From IMG/VR virus record IMGVR_UViG_3300037602_000037: a stretch of 64,000 bases of DNA; one strand, written 5' to 3'. The stretch comes from a virus. Lineage: Duplodnaviria > Caudoviricetes. The position numbers and the translations under genes are program-made. The notes beneath the pieces are model-generated. The model was not told where the DNA came from, did no database searches, and saw nothing but the letters and a program-made list of their open reading frames with translations. Below are positions 30,364 through 40,380 of this stretch, piece by piece (position 1 is the first letter of the stretch; every line of letters begins with the position of its first letter).

Positions 30364-31266
30364 ATGCAAACATTTCTAATTAAAAGAAGTGATGAATCAT
30401 CAATAGACTTACTAAGTCCTAGAAATGACGTACTTAAGCACAACATGCCGTTATATCTTTATGATAAAGCGGAAAAAGATACCGAATACGACGTAATAGT
30501 ATACTCCGCGCATGATCCTGAAGTAGAAACATTCCTACAAAATTTACCCGGAGTAAATAAAGCTGTCAAAGTAGCAGTTGTGTCTTATGTGCCTCCCTTA
30601 AGCAGTGCGCAAGTGCTTACTTTGTATAAAAATATATGGTATAGTAATGCTATTGCTAGTTCTACATTCAACACTGTTGAACTAAAAAATGTGATTAACC
30701 TAGAACGTAGTATTGCGGTAAATATTGATGGAGTAGACGTAGAAACTATTTCAAATATTGAAGAACCAGATGACAAAATTGAAAAAGGTAAAATTTATCT
30801 ATGTCCTTTTATACTATTATCCGAGCATTCATCTTTTTGGGCTGCTATTATGGAACAAACTAAAGAAGATGATAGTCCTTGTGTTTTTAGTCCAAAATTA
30901 AGAAGTAATAGTGTACCTATTTCCTACCAGCCTATTTGCCCAACCCTGGCCAATTCAGTAATAAACTTTACAGGATTTGGCTCGTTCGGTACTAGTGAAA
31001 GTACTAGACATATGTATGACTGTCGTTTACTCCATACATTGAATATTAGATTGCAAAATCTTATAAACTTAGTAGGATCAGCTGCAGCGGCTCCTGTTAA
31101 AGAGGCTGTTAAAGATTACTTAGAGGAATTGCATACTTTGCACGAGCATTACATTGAGTACTCCGCAACTTTAGGTAAAAATCCTATTCAAAAACAAAGC
31201 GCCAACGTGAGCTTAGTAGACCGAATATTTAACGTGCTAAACAGTAAACTATCGAACAACGTGTAA
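30364..31266 (+). CDS. hypothetical protein
   Basis: 300-aa ORF, AGGAG RBS. Confidence 0.7.
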   Translation: MQTFLIKRSDESSIDLLSPRNDVLKHNMPLYLYDKAEKDTEYDVIVYSAHDPEVETFLQNLPGVNKAVKVAVVSYVPPLSSAQVLTLYKNIWYSNAIASSTFNTVELKNVINLERSIAVNIDGVDVETISNIEEPDDKIEKGKIYLCPFILLSEHSSFWAAIMEQTKEDDSPCVFSPKLRSNSVPISYQPICPTLANSVINFTGFGSFGTSESTRHMYDCRLLHTLNIRLQNLINLVGSAAAAPVKEAVKDYLEELHTLHEHYIEYSATLGKNPIQKQSANVSLVDRIFNVLNSKLSNNV

Positions 31267-31275
31267 GGAAAGATT

Positions 31276-32355
31276 ATGGGTCACTATGAAGTTGATAGCA
31301 AGATTTTGGGTTCTGCTATTTCTAAATGCTTGGGTATTATTGCTTTGGGAGATAAAGCTGAGAGCAATAGTATTACTCTGATTTTTAGTAAGAAAGGATT
31401 GTCCGTTGAGGCCCATAATTCTGTAGCTCAATACAGGACTGATATACCAGTTGATATTATTAAGCCCGCTAAAATGCGAGTTAGTATTCTTCCTGAATTG
31501 CTTTTATCTTATTCTGGGTCTTATAAGAAACTGGTTTTAAATCCAAAGGAAGAGCATCTAACCGTTAAAGGTGGTAAAACTTTTTCAGCGGATATGTATT
31601 TCGTTGGTAATAATGACGAAATGAAAGTTGATAAGCCCGAGGATACTACGGATATTAGTGGTATTGCACTAGTTGCTTCTCGCGTTCTTAATATGGTTAG
31701 TGGTATTAAAAACCGTACTGATTCGCAGGTTTTGGGTGTTAAACTACTGTGGAACAAAAATATATTGGAATTGACTATAGGTGATACCCACCATGCTGTT
31801 ATAGTAGATAGTACTACCAAGCATAAGGGTAATGGTGAAATGGTGATGACACTTCCTAACCTACAAAAAATTATGACAGTAGGTAAAAATTTCGCGTCTG
31901 AAGAAAATCGTATGTACGCTTGGTCAGATGTTGAATACCTTTCAATAATGGGTCAAAGCGAAAATGTGTTTCTCGCTAACGCTGCTAGAGAGGTACTAAA
32001 AGGTAAAAAAGTGTCTAAGGTTATAGTTGACACTGAAAAGTTTCAAACTATGGTAAACACTCTTGTTTCCGCCGTTGAAGAATCAAGTCCTATACAATTC
32101 AAGATTAGTAATAAGGCTATTACAGCTAACGTGCGTACTGGAGCTAGTAATGCCAGAGGCGCTGTGAAAGTAAACGAGGTTAAAGGTAAGTCTGACATTG
32201 AAGTTGCTGTGTCAATTCACCATTTGAAAGACTGTTTGTCCACAATGAAGGAAAAGGTTACTACCATAGTTTTGTACAAGAACATGCTAGCTCTTGAAAG
32301 TTCTGGAAAAGACACTAAGGTAGTAGCCGCTATGTCATGCGTGGGTGTTAAATGA
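31276..32355 (+). CDS. putative DNA polymerase sliding clamp (beta-clamp-like)
   Basis: 359 aa with three similar helix/strand modules; IGDTHH resembles the clamp ATDxHR motif; next to polymerase. Confidence 0.6.
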   Translation: MGHYEVDSKILGSAISKCLGIIALGDKAESNSITLIFSKKGLSVEAHNSVAQYRTDIPVDIIKPAKMRVSILPELLLSYSGSYKKLVLNPKEEHLTVKGGKTFSADMYFVGNNDEMKVDKPEDTTDISGIALVASRVLNMVSGIKNRTDSQVLGVKLLWNKNILELTIGDTHHAVIVDSTTKHKGNGEMVMTLPNLQKIMTVGKNFASEENRMYAWSDVEYLSIMGQSENVFLANAAREVLKGKKVSKVIVDTEKFQTMVNTLVSAVEESSPIQFKISNKAITANVRTGASNARGAVKVNEVKGKSDIEVAVSIHHLKDCLSTMKEKVTTIVLYKNMLALESSGKDTKVVAAMSCVGVK

Positions 32356-32771
32356 TAGATTTAAATAGGCTGTATTCCGAAAGATTTCTACTAAAAACTT
32401 ATGACGAACAAATATTTTCACGTCCTGAGTTTAAAACAGGACTATTGAACCCTTATTTGTTCATAGTTGATAAAGAAGCTTCTACGACGGCTACCCATTA
32501 CACTTTGTCTTCCATTGAAGATATAGGGTACGATATACATATTATAACGTCATATCAGAAAGTATTGTTTTACCTTATTGACGTTAAATATGCCTACCAC
32601 GATATGTACATCAATGGAATTGTTATACGTAATAAGAAAAACACACCTTTACCAGAAATTGGCCAAGATGTAAGTATTAAGTATAATATGGATCACTTTC
32701 TTGTCATTTCTAATAAATCGGGTTCATGTACGGTATTTGGTAAAAACATGACTACCGACCCTAAAACATGA
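32352..32771 (+). CDS. hypothetical protein
   Basis: Coupled ORF. Confidence 0.6.
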   Translation: MIDLNRLYSERFLLKTYDEQIFSRPEFKTGLLNPYLFIVDKEASTTATHYTLSSIEDIGYDIHIITSYQKVLFYLIDVKYAYHDMYINGIVIRNKKNTPLPEIGQDVSIKYNMDHFLVISNKSGSCTVFGKNMTTDPKT

Positions 32772-32781
32772 GGATTTTACC

Positions 32782-33258
32782 ATGAAATTGGCTTATTTCT
32801 TAGATATAAAAAAGGCCCTAGTAACTACTAAAAAGTTGAGTGATAGTGGTGAACGCGTTGCAGGGTATAAAGGTCCAGACTCAGGCCATGATAAACCTAT
32901 ATACAGTTTGGCTTCTTTACAATATAGAGATGATCAAGCCCTGTTGAAAGTTGTACAAAAAGTTATTCGAGACGCTGATAGGTTAAAGATTATACTAGTT
33001 ATTTCGCCAGAAACTTTGTCACGTAGGAATAACGTAGATAGAATATTGGCCAAATTGGACTTTGAATTGAAAAATGGATGGCTTGTAAGAAAACCTAAAA
33101 ACTATTCGATTGTATCGATTACTGAATTTGATAAAACTTATCTTAGGCCAAGGCGTAATTATGATGAAGAATTAGAAGAAGTTTTAGATGAGAGAAAAGC
33201 TGAATACGTTGGTATTAATAACGCATACGGAGAACGTATAGCATTACATACGATTTAG
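32782..33258 (+). CDS. hypothetical protein
   Basis: GAGGA RBS. Confidence 0.65.
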   Translation: MKLAYFLDIKKALVTTKKLSDSGERVAGYKGPDSGHDKPIYSLASLQYRDDQALLKVVQKVIRDADRLKIILVISPETLSRRNNVDRILAKLDFELKNGWLVRKPKNYSIVSITEFDKTYLRPRRNYDEELEEVLDERKAEYVGINNAYGERIALHTI

Positions 33259-33301
33259 CTGGTAGTAAAGTAATGTATAATGCAAATTAAGGACGTTCGT
33301 A

Positions 33302-36205
33302 GTGGTAGAACTATCAGTTACACGATCTAAGCTTAAAATTGGTAAGACCAAAGTTAAGACGCAAACAGTTATTGTAGGAAGTGGTAAGAAAAATATCATT
33401 ATATTCGACGACTACTTTAACTTAGATGACGAGCAATCTTATGACACGTTTAACTCTATGTGCTACCAAGTATGCGCGTGTCTAAAGAAAGGCTTCACGT
33501 TTATATATGTGGGTACTAATGGCTTAGAAAGTAGTGGTTTAGAAAAGATTATTGACAAGTATGAACCCTCTGGAATACTATACGTAGACTCAGCTCCATT
33601 TACTAAAATGGGGCTTTCTTACATTAAGTACTTCAGTTATGTTAGAGAACATAATGGTGTACCAAGTTGTCTATCTACCCCGATGTATAAATGGTCTTCT
33701 AGTTCCGAGTACAAAAAGGGTGAAGGGCCCAAAAGTATAATAGGCTTTAATTTGAAGCACCTTACTTGGGTCGCTCAAGGTAATAACGGTTTCGAAGATT
33801 ATTCCCATTTGTTCAAGGATTTTCCTATACGAATAGTAAAGACTTTGAATCAATTCAAGAAAATGTATTATAAGCTTAAAAAGGCTGATGTAGTTTGCTG
33901 CGACATTGAGGGTAAGGGTCTAAAGCTTATTACCAACACGGTATACACTGTACAATTTGGTATTTGGGAAAAAGGTAGGATTGTAACATACGTATTACCA
34001 TGGAAACATAGGGACCACGTATGGAATAAGAAGCATCTGAGATTAATAAAACGAGGTTTGGTTAAACTGTTCTCCGATGAGAAAAAAGAGTTTGTTTTCC
34101 ATTCTTCATCCTACGACGTAGGACAACTTTGCCACATTACTAACATGGACGTGTTTCCTGCTCCTATATATGATACTATCTCCGGTATATTTGCAGAAGA
34201 TGAAAACTGGAAATTTTTAGATAAAATATATAGGTCAACTGAATGGTCTAAGGGTTACTTCTCCCCGTATTCTCTTGAAACTCTAGAACATAGACACAAC
34301 TTATTTAGGCCAGGTGATATACTTGAAAAAGATGATCGTACTAATATGTCACGATTCTCTTTGGACGAAATAGCCACATACGGTGCTTATGACGTAGTAT
34401 CTCCATTGATAATACGTAAGCAGCAAATTCAGCGGTCTACTAGTAAGTGGGTAGGATATAAAACTAAAAAAGATTATCTAAATCTGGTATTGTACCAACT
34501 TGGTGTAATGCAAAAAACCTTTTCTCTTTTGAATAGTAAGGGTATTCATATTGATAGAAGTAATTTGGCTGAATTGACCAAGAAGAATAACGTGTTTATA
34601 CAAACAGTTGATAGAATTACTAAGGAACTGTTGAACACTAAACATGGCAAAAAAGCGAATAGGCTAATCTTGCGTAAAAATGGTATAGAACCTTCTGGTG
34701 GATTATTTTCTACGGAAGAAGCTATTGCATTCTCAATGACTAAGCCTGCGCATAGACAAATGCTATTCTTCAAAGTAATGAAGTTAGAAGCTACCTCTAT
34801 AGGCAAATCAGGCGATCCTTCTACTAACAAGGCTTTCCAAAATAAGTATAAGGATATTGAAGAAGTAAAATTATTCTCGCATTTCAACAAAGTTCGTACT
34901 CTTAAATCTAACTTTGCAGATTCCATCAATAAGATAACAAAAAATGATGAAGATTATGCCGTAGATGGAAGACTTCGTAGTATATTTAGTTTTATTCGAG
35001 TTTTGACTGGTAGGTTGTCAACACAACCAAATACACAGAATATACCATCAAGATCAGACGCTGACTTCGAGATACATAAGGATCTGGTTAAGGCTATCAA
35101 GAAACTATTCTCCGTTGCTCCTGGTAGAGTGATGCTTGGATCAGACTTTTCCGCCCATGAAGTTAGAATGTCAGGAGATATTGCTAAGGACAAAGCTATT
35201 AGACAAGCTTTCTTGGCTGCTAATGAAGCTATTAGAAAGTACAGGTTAGCTCCCGATAAATTTGTTGAAGCTGCCGCTAAAATTCTTGCTAGAGAAGGCG
35301 ACATCCACATAATCAACGTGAGGTTCTTCTTTAAACAAGACATTGATAAGAGCCATCCTTTACGATACAAGATTAAAGCAATCGTGTTTGGTGTTTTGTA
35401 TGGTAAGATGGCTAAGGGTCTAGCTAAAGAACTAAAAATTGAAGAATCTGAAGCACAATCTCTTATTGACATTATGTTCGAAAGATGGCATAGCCTAGAT
35501 AGTTGGATACATACTACGCACGATGAAGGTAAAAATAACTTCATGATCCACTATCCTAATAATCGTATCCGCCATTTGTGGGCGTATATGCATGAAGATA
35601 TTTGGGCACACAGAGCTATGGACAGGCGCGGGGTTAACTCCGTCATACAAGGTTTTAGTTCGGATATTGGTGTGGTAGCAGTCGATACCTACAAAATGTG
35701 GGTACACAAAAATATTACTAAAAACGGTTTCAACTTCGATGCTTTCCATACTAATATTGTACATGATGCTCAGTATTCTGATGTTTTGTATGAGCATCTT
35801 CCTTTTGCTATTTACTTAACTGAACATTCTATGTCAACACTTCCTATGGACTACTACAAAGACAAATTTGACTACGAGATTAGTATTCCTTTGAGTTACG
35901 GCCTTGAATTTGGTAAAGACTGGGGAAGCTTAGAAGAATGGAACTTCCGAGTAAACGGTTACGATAGTACCAAAGAAAAAGACGGCAAAACTAGTAAGAC
36001 ATACGTACCCGGATTGCTAGACATGATACGTGATGAAGGTAAGAGAGTTGATAAACCTTACGATGAAGTTATTAAAGATACTAAGTTTATTATGGGTGTA
36101 AGACAAAAAGAATTGGAGAAAAACCCATACAAAATGTTGGTTAACTCTAAAACAATAGATAAGGTTTTCGACAAAATGTATATGTTTAGAAAACAACTGA
36201 ATTAG
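33302..36205 (+). CDS. polA: family A DNA polymerase with 3'-5' exonuclease
   Basis: Exo CDIEG, HSSSYD, YGAYD; TGRLS, QNIP, DFSAHEVR (motif A), KAIVFGVLYG (B), VHDAQ (C). Confidence 0.93.
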   Translation: MVELSVTRSKLKIGKTKVKTQTVIVGSGKKNIIIFDDYFNLDDEQSYDTFNSMCYQVCACLKKGFTFIYVGTNGLESSGLEKIIDKYEPSGILYVDSAPFTKMGLSYIKYFSYVREHNGVPSCLSTPMYKWSSSSEYKKGEGPKSIIGFNLKHLTWVAQGNNGFEDYSHLFKDFPIRIVKTLNQFKKMYYKLKKADVVCCDIEGKGLKLITNTVYTVQFGIWEKGRIVTYVLPWKHRDHVWNKKHLRLIKRGLVKLFSDEKKEFVFHSSSYDVGQLCHITNMDVFPAPIYDTISGIFAEDENWKFLDKIYRSTEWSKGYFSPYSLETLEHRHNLFRPGDILEKDDRTNMSRFSLDEIATYGAYDVVSPLIIRKQQIQRSTSKWVGYKTKKDYLNLVLYQLGVMQKTFSLLNSKGIHIDRSNLAELTKKNNVFIQTVDRITKELLNTKHGKKANRLILRKNGIEPSGGLFSTEEAIAFSMTKPAHRQMLFFKVMKLEATSIGKSGDPSTNKAFQNKYKDIEEVKLFSHFNKVRTLKSNFADSINKITKNDEDYAVDGRLRSIFSFIRVLTGRLSTQPNTQNIPSRSDADFEIHKDLVKAIKKLFSVAPGRVMLGSDFSAHEVRMSGDIAKDKAIRQAFLAANEAIRKYRLAPDKFVEAAAKILAREGDIHIINVRFFFKQDIDKSHPLRYKIKAIVFGVLYGKMAKGLAKELKIEESEAQSLIDIMFERWHSLDSWIHTTHDEGKNNFMIHYPNNRIRHLWAYMHEDIWAHRAMDRRGVNSVIQGFSSDIGVVAVDTYKMWVHKNITKNGFNFDAFHTNIVHDAQYSDVLYEHLPFAIYLTEHSMSTLPMDYYKDKFDYEISIPLSYGLEFGKDWGSLEEWNFRVNGYDSTKEKDGKTSKTYVPGLLDMIRDEGKRVDKPYDEVIKDTKFIMGVRQKELEKNPYKMLVNSKTIDKVFDKMYMFRKQLN

Positions 36206-36214
36206 GAGAGCACT

Positions 36215-36478
36215 ATGATGGATTATTCAGATAAGTATGCAGATAAATTTAGGGCTTCTACACCTGATACCCGGAATATGGATACTCTTTGTAGGCAAGC
36301 AAAAAGGATAAGAGCGTTATCAAGTGATTCAAGCAATAAAGATAAATACGAATTTATAGCTGATAATATGGAAAGAATAGCAGAAGAATATAGTGAATCC
36401 TACACTAAAATGTGTGAAGCTAGAGCGTTAATTTTCGATTTAAAAAAGGCGTTGGAAAAAATTACTAACTTTAAATAG
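36215..36478 (+). CDS. hypothetical protein
   Basis: AGGAG RBS. Confidence 0.6.
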   Translation: MMDYSDKYADKFRASTPDTRNMDTLCRQAKRIRALSSDSSNKDKYEFIADNMERIAEEYSESYTKMCEARALIFDLKKALEKITNFK

Positions 36479-36513
36479 CTAATTACTTAGTATATCTACA
36501 TTTCAGGTGATTT

Positions 36514-36930
36514 ATGCTACAAATATACTCAGAATTTCAAAAACCTGTTCAAAGTATACTATTTAAAGCTAACGTAAGAGCTTCTCAAATAAAGTTTGTG
36601 CCAAACTGTCATCCTAGAACGTACTTTGATGAGTCAAATACCCCAGGTAGCTATGTTGTGGAATTACCATTCCATATTGACTGTAACTACGCTTTATACG
36701 TATTAGCCCATGAATGCGCCCATGTATTTTATAAACATTTAACTGACAACATAGGTAAACCTATTTATATTAAAGAGTATGAAGCTGAAATGTGGGCAAT
36801 TAAAATATTGTCTGATTTTGGTATCAAGTTATCTGATACTACAGTAAATGAGATAAAAGACAACATTCGATACAGTATTAAAGGACAATCAAACGTCCCT
36901 TTGCATATTTCTGAATGGATTTCTAGTTAG
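36514..36930 (+). CDS. HExxH zinc metallopeptidase-like protein
   Basis: LAHECAH...KEYEAEMWA. Confidence 0.65.
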   Translation: MLQIYSEFQKPVQSILFKANVRASQIKFVPNCHPRTYFDESNTPGSYVVELPFHIDCNYALYVLAHECAHVFYKHLTDNIGKPIYIKEYEAEMWAIKILSDFGIKLSDTTVNEIKDNIRYSIKGQSNVPLHISEWISS

Positions 36931-36943
36931 AATTGGAATAATA

Positions 36944-37912
36944 ATGAAGCTTAGAGGACAATTAGAGCAACTCATAGATACTTTTATGTTGGATGTTGCT
37001 AGTCAAAAGGAACCTAGCACTAGGTTGCCTGAATTTCGTGTATCTTCTTTTCCTTATTGTCCTTTGAGAAGTCTTCTATTTAGTGGCGGCAGAGATAATT
37101 CGTATTCAATGGAATTTTATACTTCTATTGGTACAGCCGTACACGAGTCACTACAAAAATGGGCGCTTAAATCTTCCTTCAAGGATAAAATATTTTGCTG
37201 TTGGAAGGAAGTAAAGACCAAAAAAGTACACGGACCATGCTTTTTCCGTGATTTACCTAAAGAAATACGTAAAAAAGAACTTATATACGAAGAAATTACC
37301 ATTAAGTACAAAGGTTTAAGCGGTCATGTTGACCTAGTGCTTGAACTTTTACCAGATGTATTTGTAATCATAGATTTTAAGACCACAGATTTGCAAGGTA
37401 AGCGTTTACGCCATAGAAGTAAATGGCAAGATCAATACCCCGCCGAACATTCGTCAATTATTCAGATTAGCACTTACAGTACGCTATTACGTAAACTATT
37501 TGGTTTAAACGTGAAAGCTTGGTGCTTAGTATACGTGGATAGAGCCTCCGCTATACAAAATTCACGTAGTTACTATAAGCTTATGCGTCCTTGGACTAAA
37601 AAGAAGTCTAAGAGTATGATGAAGCACATTGAACGTGCTTGTGATAACAATGCTAAGTTAACTTCGCTGAACAAGATAATAGAATCATCTGATGAGTACT
37701 CTCCCAAAGCCACTAAACTGCTAAAATACCTAGTTAAAAACAGACCATGTGTTGATGAAGAAACTTACAATGATTGGATGTACTACAAATTCAAAAAGAG
37801 TTTCAAAACTGGAGCTTCTGCTAGTACTGATAGCTCAGGGCATTGCATACTGCGTAAACACTGCCAGTCATGTAGTAAAGATGCCTATAAAGCCGTTTTA
37901 TCCCGTCTGTAG
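36944..37912 (+). CDS. PD-(D/E)xK (Cas4/RecB-like) exonuclease
   Basis: YCP, GTAVHE, GHVDL, IIDFKT, QISTY; C-terminal Cys. Confidence 0.8.
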   Translation: MKLRGQLEQLIDTFMLDVASQKEPSTRLPEFRVSSFPYCPLRSLLFSGGRDNSYSMEFYTSIGTAVHESLQKWALKSSFKDKIFCCWKEVKTKKVHGPCFFRDLPKEIRKKELIYEEITIKYKGLSGHVDLVLELLPDVFVIIDFKTTDLQGKRLRHRSKWQDQYPAEHSSIIQISTYSTLLRKLFGLNVKAWCLVYVDRASAIQNSRSYYKLMRPWTKKKSKSMMKHIERACDNNAKLTSLNKIIESSDEYSPKATKLLKYLVKNRPCVDEETYNDWMYYKFKKSFKTGASASTDSSGHCILRKHCQSCSKDAYKAVLSRL

Positions 37913-37913
37913 T

Positions 37914-37974
37914 AAACGTTTGTTTGAAATAGATATATTAAGCTATTGTGCTATTATAGTAAATTAAGTATAGT
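37914..37974 (+). promoter_or_regulatory. sigma70-like promoter with upstream AAACGTTTGT box
   Basis: AAACGTTTGT 37914-37923; TTGTGC(37946)-N17-TATAGT(37969). Confidence 0.55.
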
Positions 37975-37997
37975 ATAAGTACGATTAAGCAGGGAGA

Positions 37998-38288
37998 TTG
38001 AACATGTCTAGTGTCAACCATCAACGAGATGGCAAGGCCAAACAACGTCTGTTCTTAGGCCAAAAATCGTCTTCGTCATATACTACATTCCATAAATCAA
38101 TTAAGTGCAAAGAAGCTGGCAAAATTATTTCAGCCAGTTCTACTATTGCTAGTGGATGTTCACGCAAAGTACAAAGAGATAAGCGAGGCGCTAAGAAATT
38201 CTTGCATACTAGATTTCGTCGTGTTGAAGATGCTGCTTTGAATAAAGCTATTAAGGAAGGTGTTTACGATGGATACTGTCAGCGATAA
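37998..38288 (+). CDS. basic hypothetical protein
   Basis: GGGAG RBS after promoter. Confidence 0.6.
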   Translation: MNMSSVNHQRDGKAKQRLFLGQKSSSSYTTFHKSIKCKEAGKIISASSTIASGCSRKVQRDKRGAKKFLHTRFRRVEDAALNKAIKEGVYDGYCQR

Positions 38289-38607
38289 ACAATTCAAATC
38301 TTTTGAAGAGGTTGGCAGGAGTTACATATTCAATTTAATTGAATCTCTTGAAGAATCAACACCTGGCCTTGACCCAACTTTTTACCTTACTGGATCTTAT
38401 GAACAAGATATTAATCAAGCCACGCAACTACGTGAAGCTTATGGAATGCCCAGACCACAGGAGGTAAAAGATTTACTTGATCGCAACGAAGTTATAATTA
38501 AAAAACAAAATGACTACTTCGATAGTATTAGACATAAACCAAAACCCTCGTCCTTTAAGGAAAAGGCAACTAATTGGTTTCTTAATATTTTAAAATCTGG
38601 AAAGTAA
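38269..38607 (+). CDS. hypothetical protein
   Basis: ORF track. Confidence 0.6.
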   Translation: MDTVSDKQFKSFEEVGRSYIFNLIESLEESTPGLDPTFYLTGSYEQDINQATQLREAYGMPRPQEVKDLLDRNEVIIKKQNDYFDSIRHKPKPSSFKEKATNWFLNILKSGK

Positions 38608-38627
38608 ACGCAAACAGGAGAACAACA

Positions 38628-39128
38628 ATGGAAAAGCAACTTACACCAAAAGCCCCTAGGAAGATCGAACAGCCACGCGATAAAAAGGGTCGGTTTATGA
38701 AAAAACCGAAAGAAAATCTTAGTAAGGACACAGCAGAATTTATGGGGGTAGCTGGACCAGATGAAGAAGTTCTTACTAAGGAAAAGGTCGAAACAAAAGA
38801 TAATATCAAAAAAGAAGTTTACGCAGGTAAAATGGATGTTTTCGGCGGTCAGAAGGAAGCATTTACCCGAGTAATTGGAGACGAACATAATGCGGGCGGT
38901 GGTGGTGTAAAGCCTTCTATTGAATCAGAAGGTTCACCGCATAAGGAAAGAACCAAAGTAGAGAGTATTCATGTAAAATCAAGAGGTGACTGGGTAGAAG
39001 TACACCCTAAAGAACATGATCGCTTGATTGAGCGAGATAAAGACTTATTAGATTATCCTGATCCAAAAGTAAAGGAACCCCAAAAGGGTTTCTTTGGATG
39101 GCTAGGTAGATGGTTTGACAGAAAGTAA
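38628..39128 (+). CDS. hypothetical protein
   Basis: AGGAG RBS; followed by hairpin 39142-39168. Confidence 0.7.
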   Translation: MEKQLTPKAPRKIEQPRDKKGRFMKKPKENLSKDTAEFMGVAGPDEEVLTKEKVETKDNIKKEVYAGKMDVFGGQKEAFTRVIGDEHNAGGGGVKPSIESEGSPHKERTKVESIHVKSRGDWVEVHPKEHDRLIERDKDLLDYPDPKVKEPQKGFFGWLGRWFDRK

Positions 39129-39193
39129 CTACAAAGAATATAGGGTTGGTATAGTTCGTACCAACCCTTAACCCCATTATGTAGGATAATAGC

Positions 39194-39856
39194 ATGTTCA
39201 AAAAGAATAACCGAAATTTTCCAGTTACTATGGAAAAACCAACATTCGTATTTCTTTCAGGTACTTCAGCTGTAGGTAAGTCCACTTTGATGAACCTAAT
39301 CTCTGATAGGTATGACAATATCACTACAGTACCTATGGCGGCTAGAACTCAAAGAGAGCGTTTAGGTAATCCTTCTTGGGAAACTTTGTGTAATGACGTC
39401 GCTCTAGCTGATAAACACCAAGAATTTATATTTAATGCTTATGGTAATATCATACTAGGTGTAGCACACCATGTAGATAACTTGATGGAAATTAGAGGCC
39501 CGCACTCAAATATATTCATTTTTGAACGTAGTCCTGTGGACGTTGGTGGATACGCGGAAGCTTTCGGTTGTAGTTACGCACTACCTATGAAACTAATGAA
39601 TCGTTTGAAATTCATTGAAAGTATGCTAGACGAGCCACATTTGGGTATTAAATGCGTACATAACCATATGGCGGTAGATAAAAAAATTCCCTACGTACAA
39701 ACAGAAGCAAGACCTACAGAAGAAATTCGTAACAAATGTGCTTCTTTTGTGGAAGTAGTACTTACAGTGCGTAATGATTTTACACACTTTAACAACTACA
39801 GTTCTGATAGTGAAACGGCTTTAACAAACTTAATCACTAACTTAAAGAGGTTTTAA
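39194..39856 (+). CDS. P-loop nucleotide kinase-like protein
   Basis: LSGTSAVGKST, FERSPVD. Confidence 0.75.
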   Translation: MFKKNNRNFPVTMEKPTFVFLSGTSAVGKSTLMNLISDRYDNITTVPMAARTQRERLGNPSWETLCNDVALADKHQEFIFNAYGNIILGVAHHVDNLMEIRGPHSNIFIFERSPVDVGGYAEAFGCSYALPMKLMNRLKFIESMLDEPHLGIKCVHNHMAVDKKIPYVQTEARPTEEIRNKCASFVEVVLTVRNDFTHFNNYSSDSETALTNLITNLKRF

Positions 39857-39857
39857 A

Positions 39858-40055
39858 ATGGCAAGAGGTTTTCGTGGAGGTACCAAACATAAAAAAGCTA
39901 CAACTTGGGGAGTATATACAAAAGACGGAAGTGGATGTTCCACCTGTAGAGTTGGCACAATTAAAGGTAGAACCGCCGATACTGCTTTGTTAAATGCTAA
40001 ATTGAAATTTAGGCACTTAAACAAAGAAGTAAGCGTTAGACAATTGGATAAGTAA
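39858..40055 (+). CDS. hypothetical protein
   Basis: GAGG RBS, CxxC. Confidence 0.55.
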   Translation: MARGFRGGTKHKKATTWGVYTKDGSGCSTCRVGTIKGRTADTALLNAKLKFRHLNKEVSVRQLDK

Positions 40056-40380
40056 ATGAAAACACATCAATTTATGAATAAAGGGGTTAACCCCAATGAC
40101 TGGTTCTAATATACCTTCAATGCTAGACTTTAACACCACTATAAGTGTAGAAGGTGGAAATGATTCTCCCTACATGTGGGTTGGAAAAGTACATGGAGAC
40201 AAAGATAGAGTAGGTATAGTGCTGGCATCTTGTCCTACTATATTGATTTCTCTCGATCAAAGAGTTATTGGAGGACTGATATCTGCCCTTACTCAGGTAC
40301 AAGAAAATCACATTTAAACAAAGAAGTAAGTGTTAAACCTCTGGAGCAGTAACCATGAAACCTCACCAATTTGTAAATAA
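40014..40380 (+). repeat. imperfect ~68-nt direct repeat (40014-40081 and 40311-40380) flanking ORF 40096-40317
   Basis: TTAAACAAAGAAGTAAG(C/T)GTTA...ATGAAA(A/C)C(A/T)CA(T/C)CAATTT occurs twice. Confidence 0.8.
40096..40317 (+). CDS. hypothetical protein
   Basis: 73-aa ORF between the repeats. Confidence 0.5.
   Translation: MTGSNIPSMLDFNTTISVEGGNDSPYMWVGKVHGDKDRVGIVLASCPTILISLDQRVIGGLISALTQVQENHI

Noticed and set aside
36944-37912. CRISPR-associated Cas4
   Set aside because: No cas1/cas2 or array nearby; stand-alone PD-(D/E)xK nucleases next to polymerases are common in phages.
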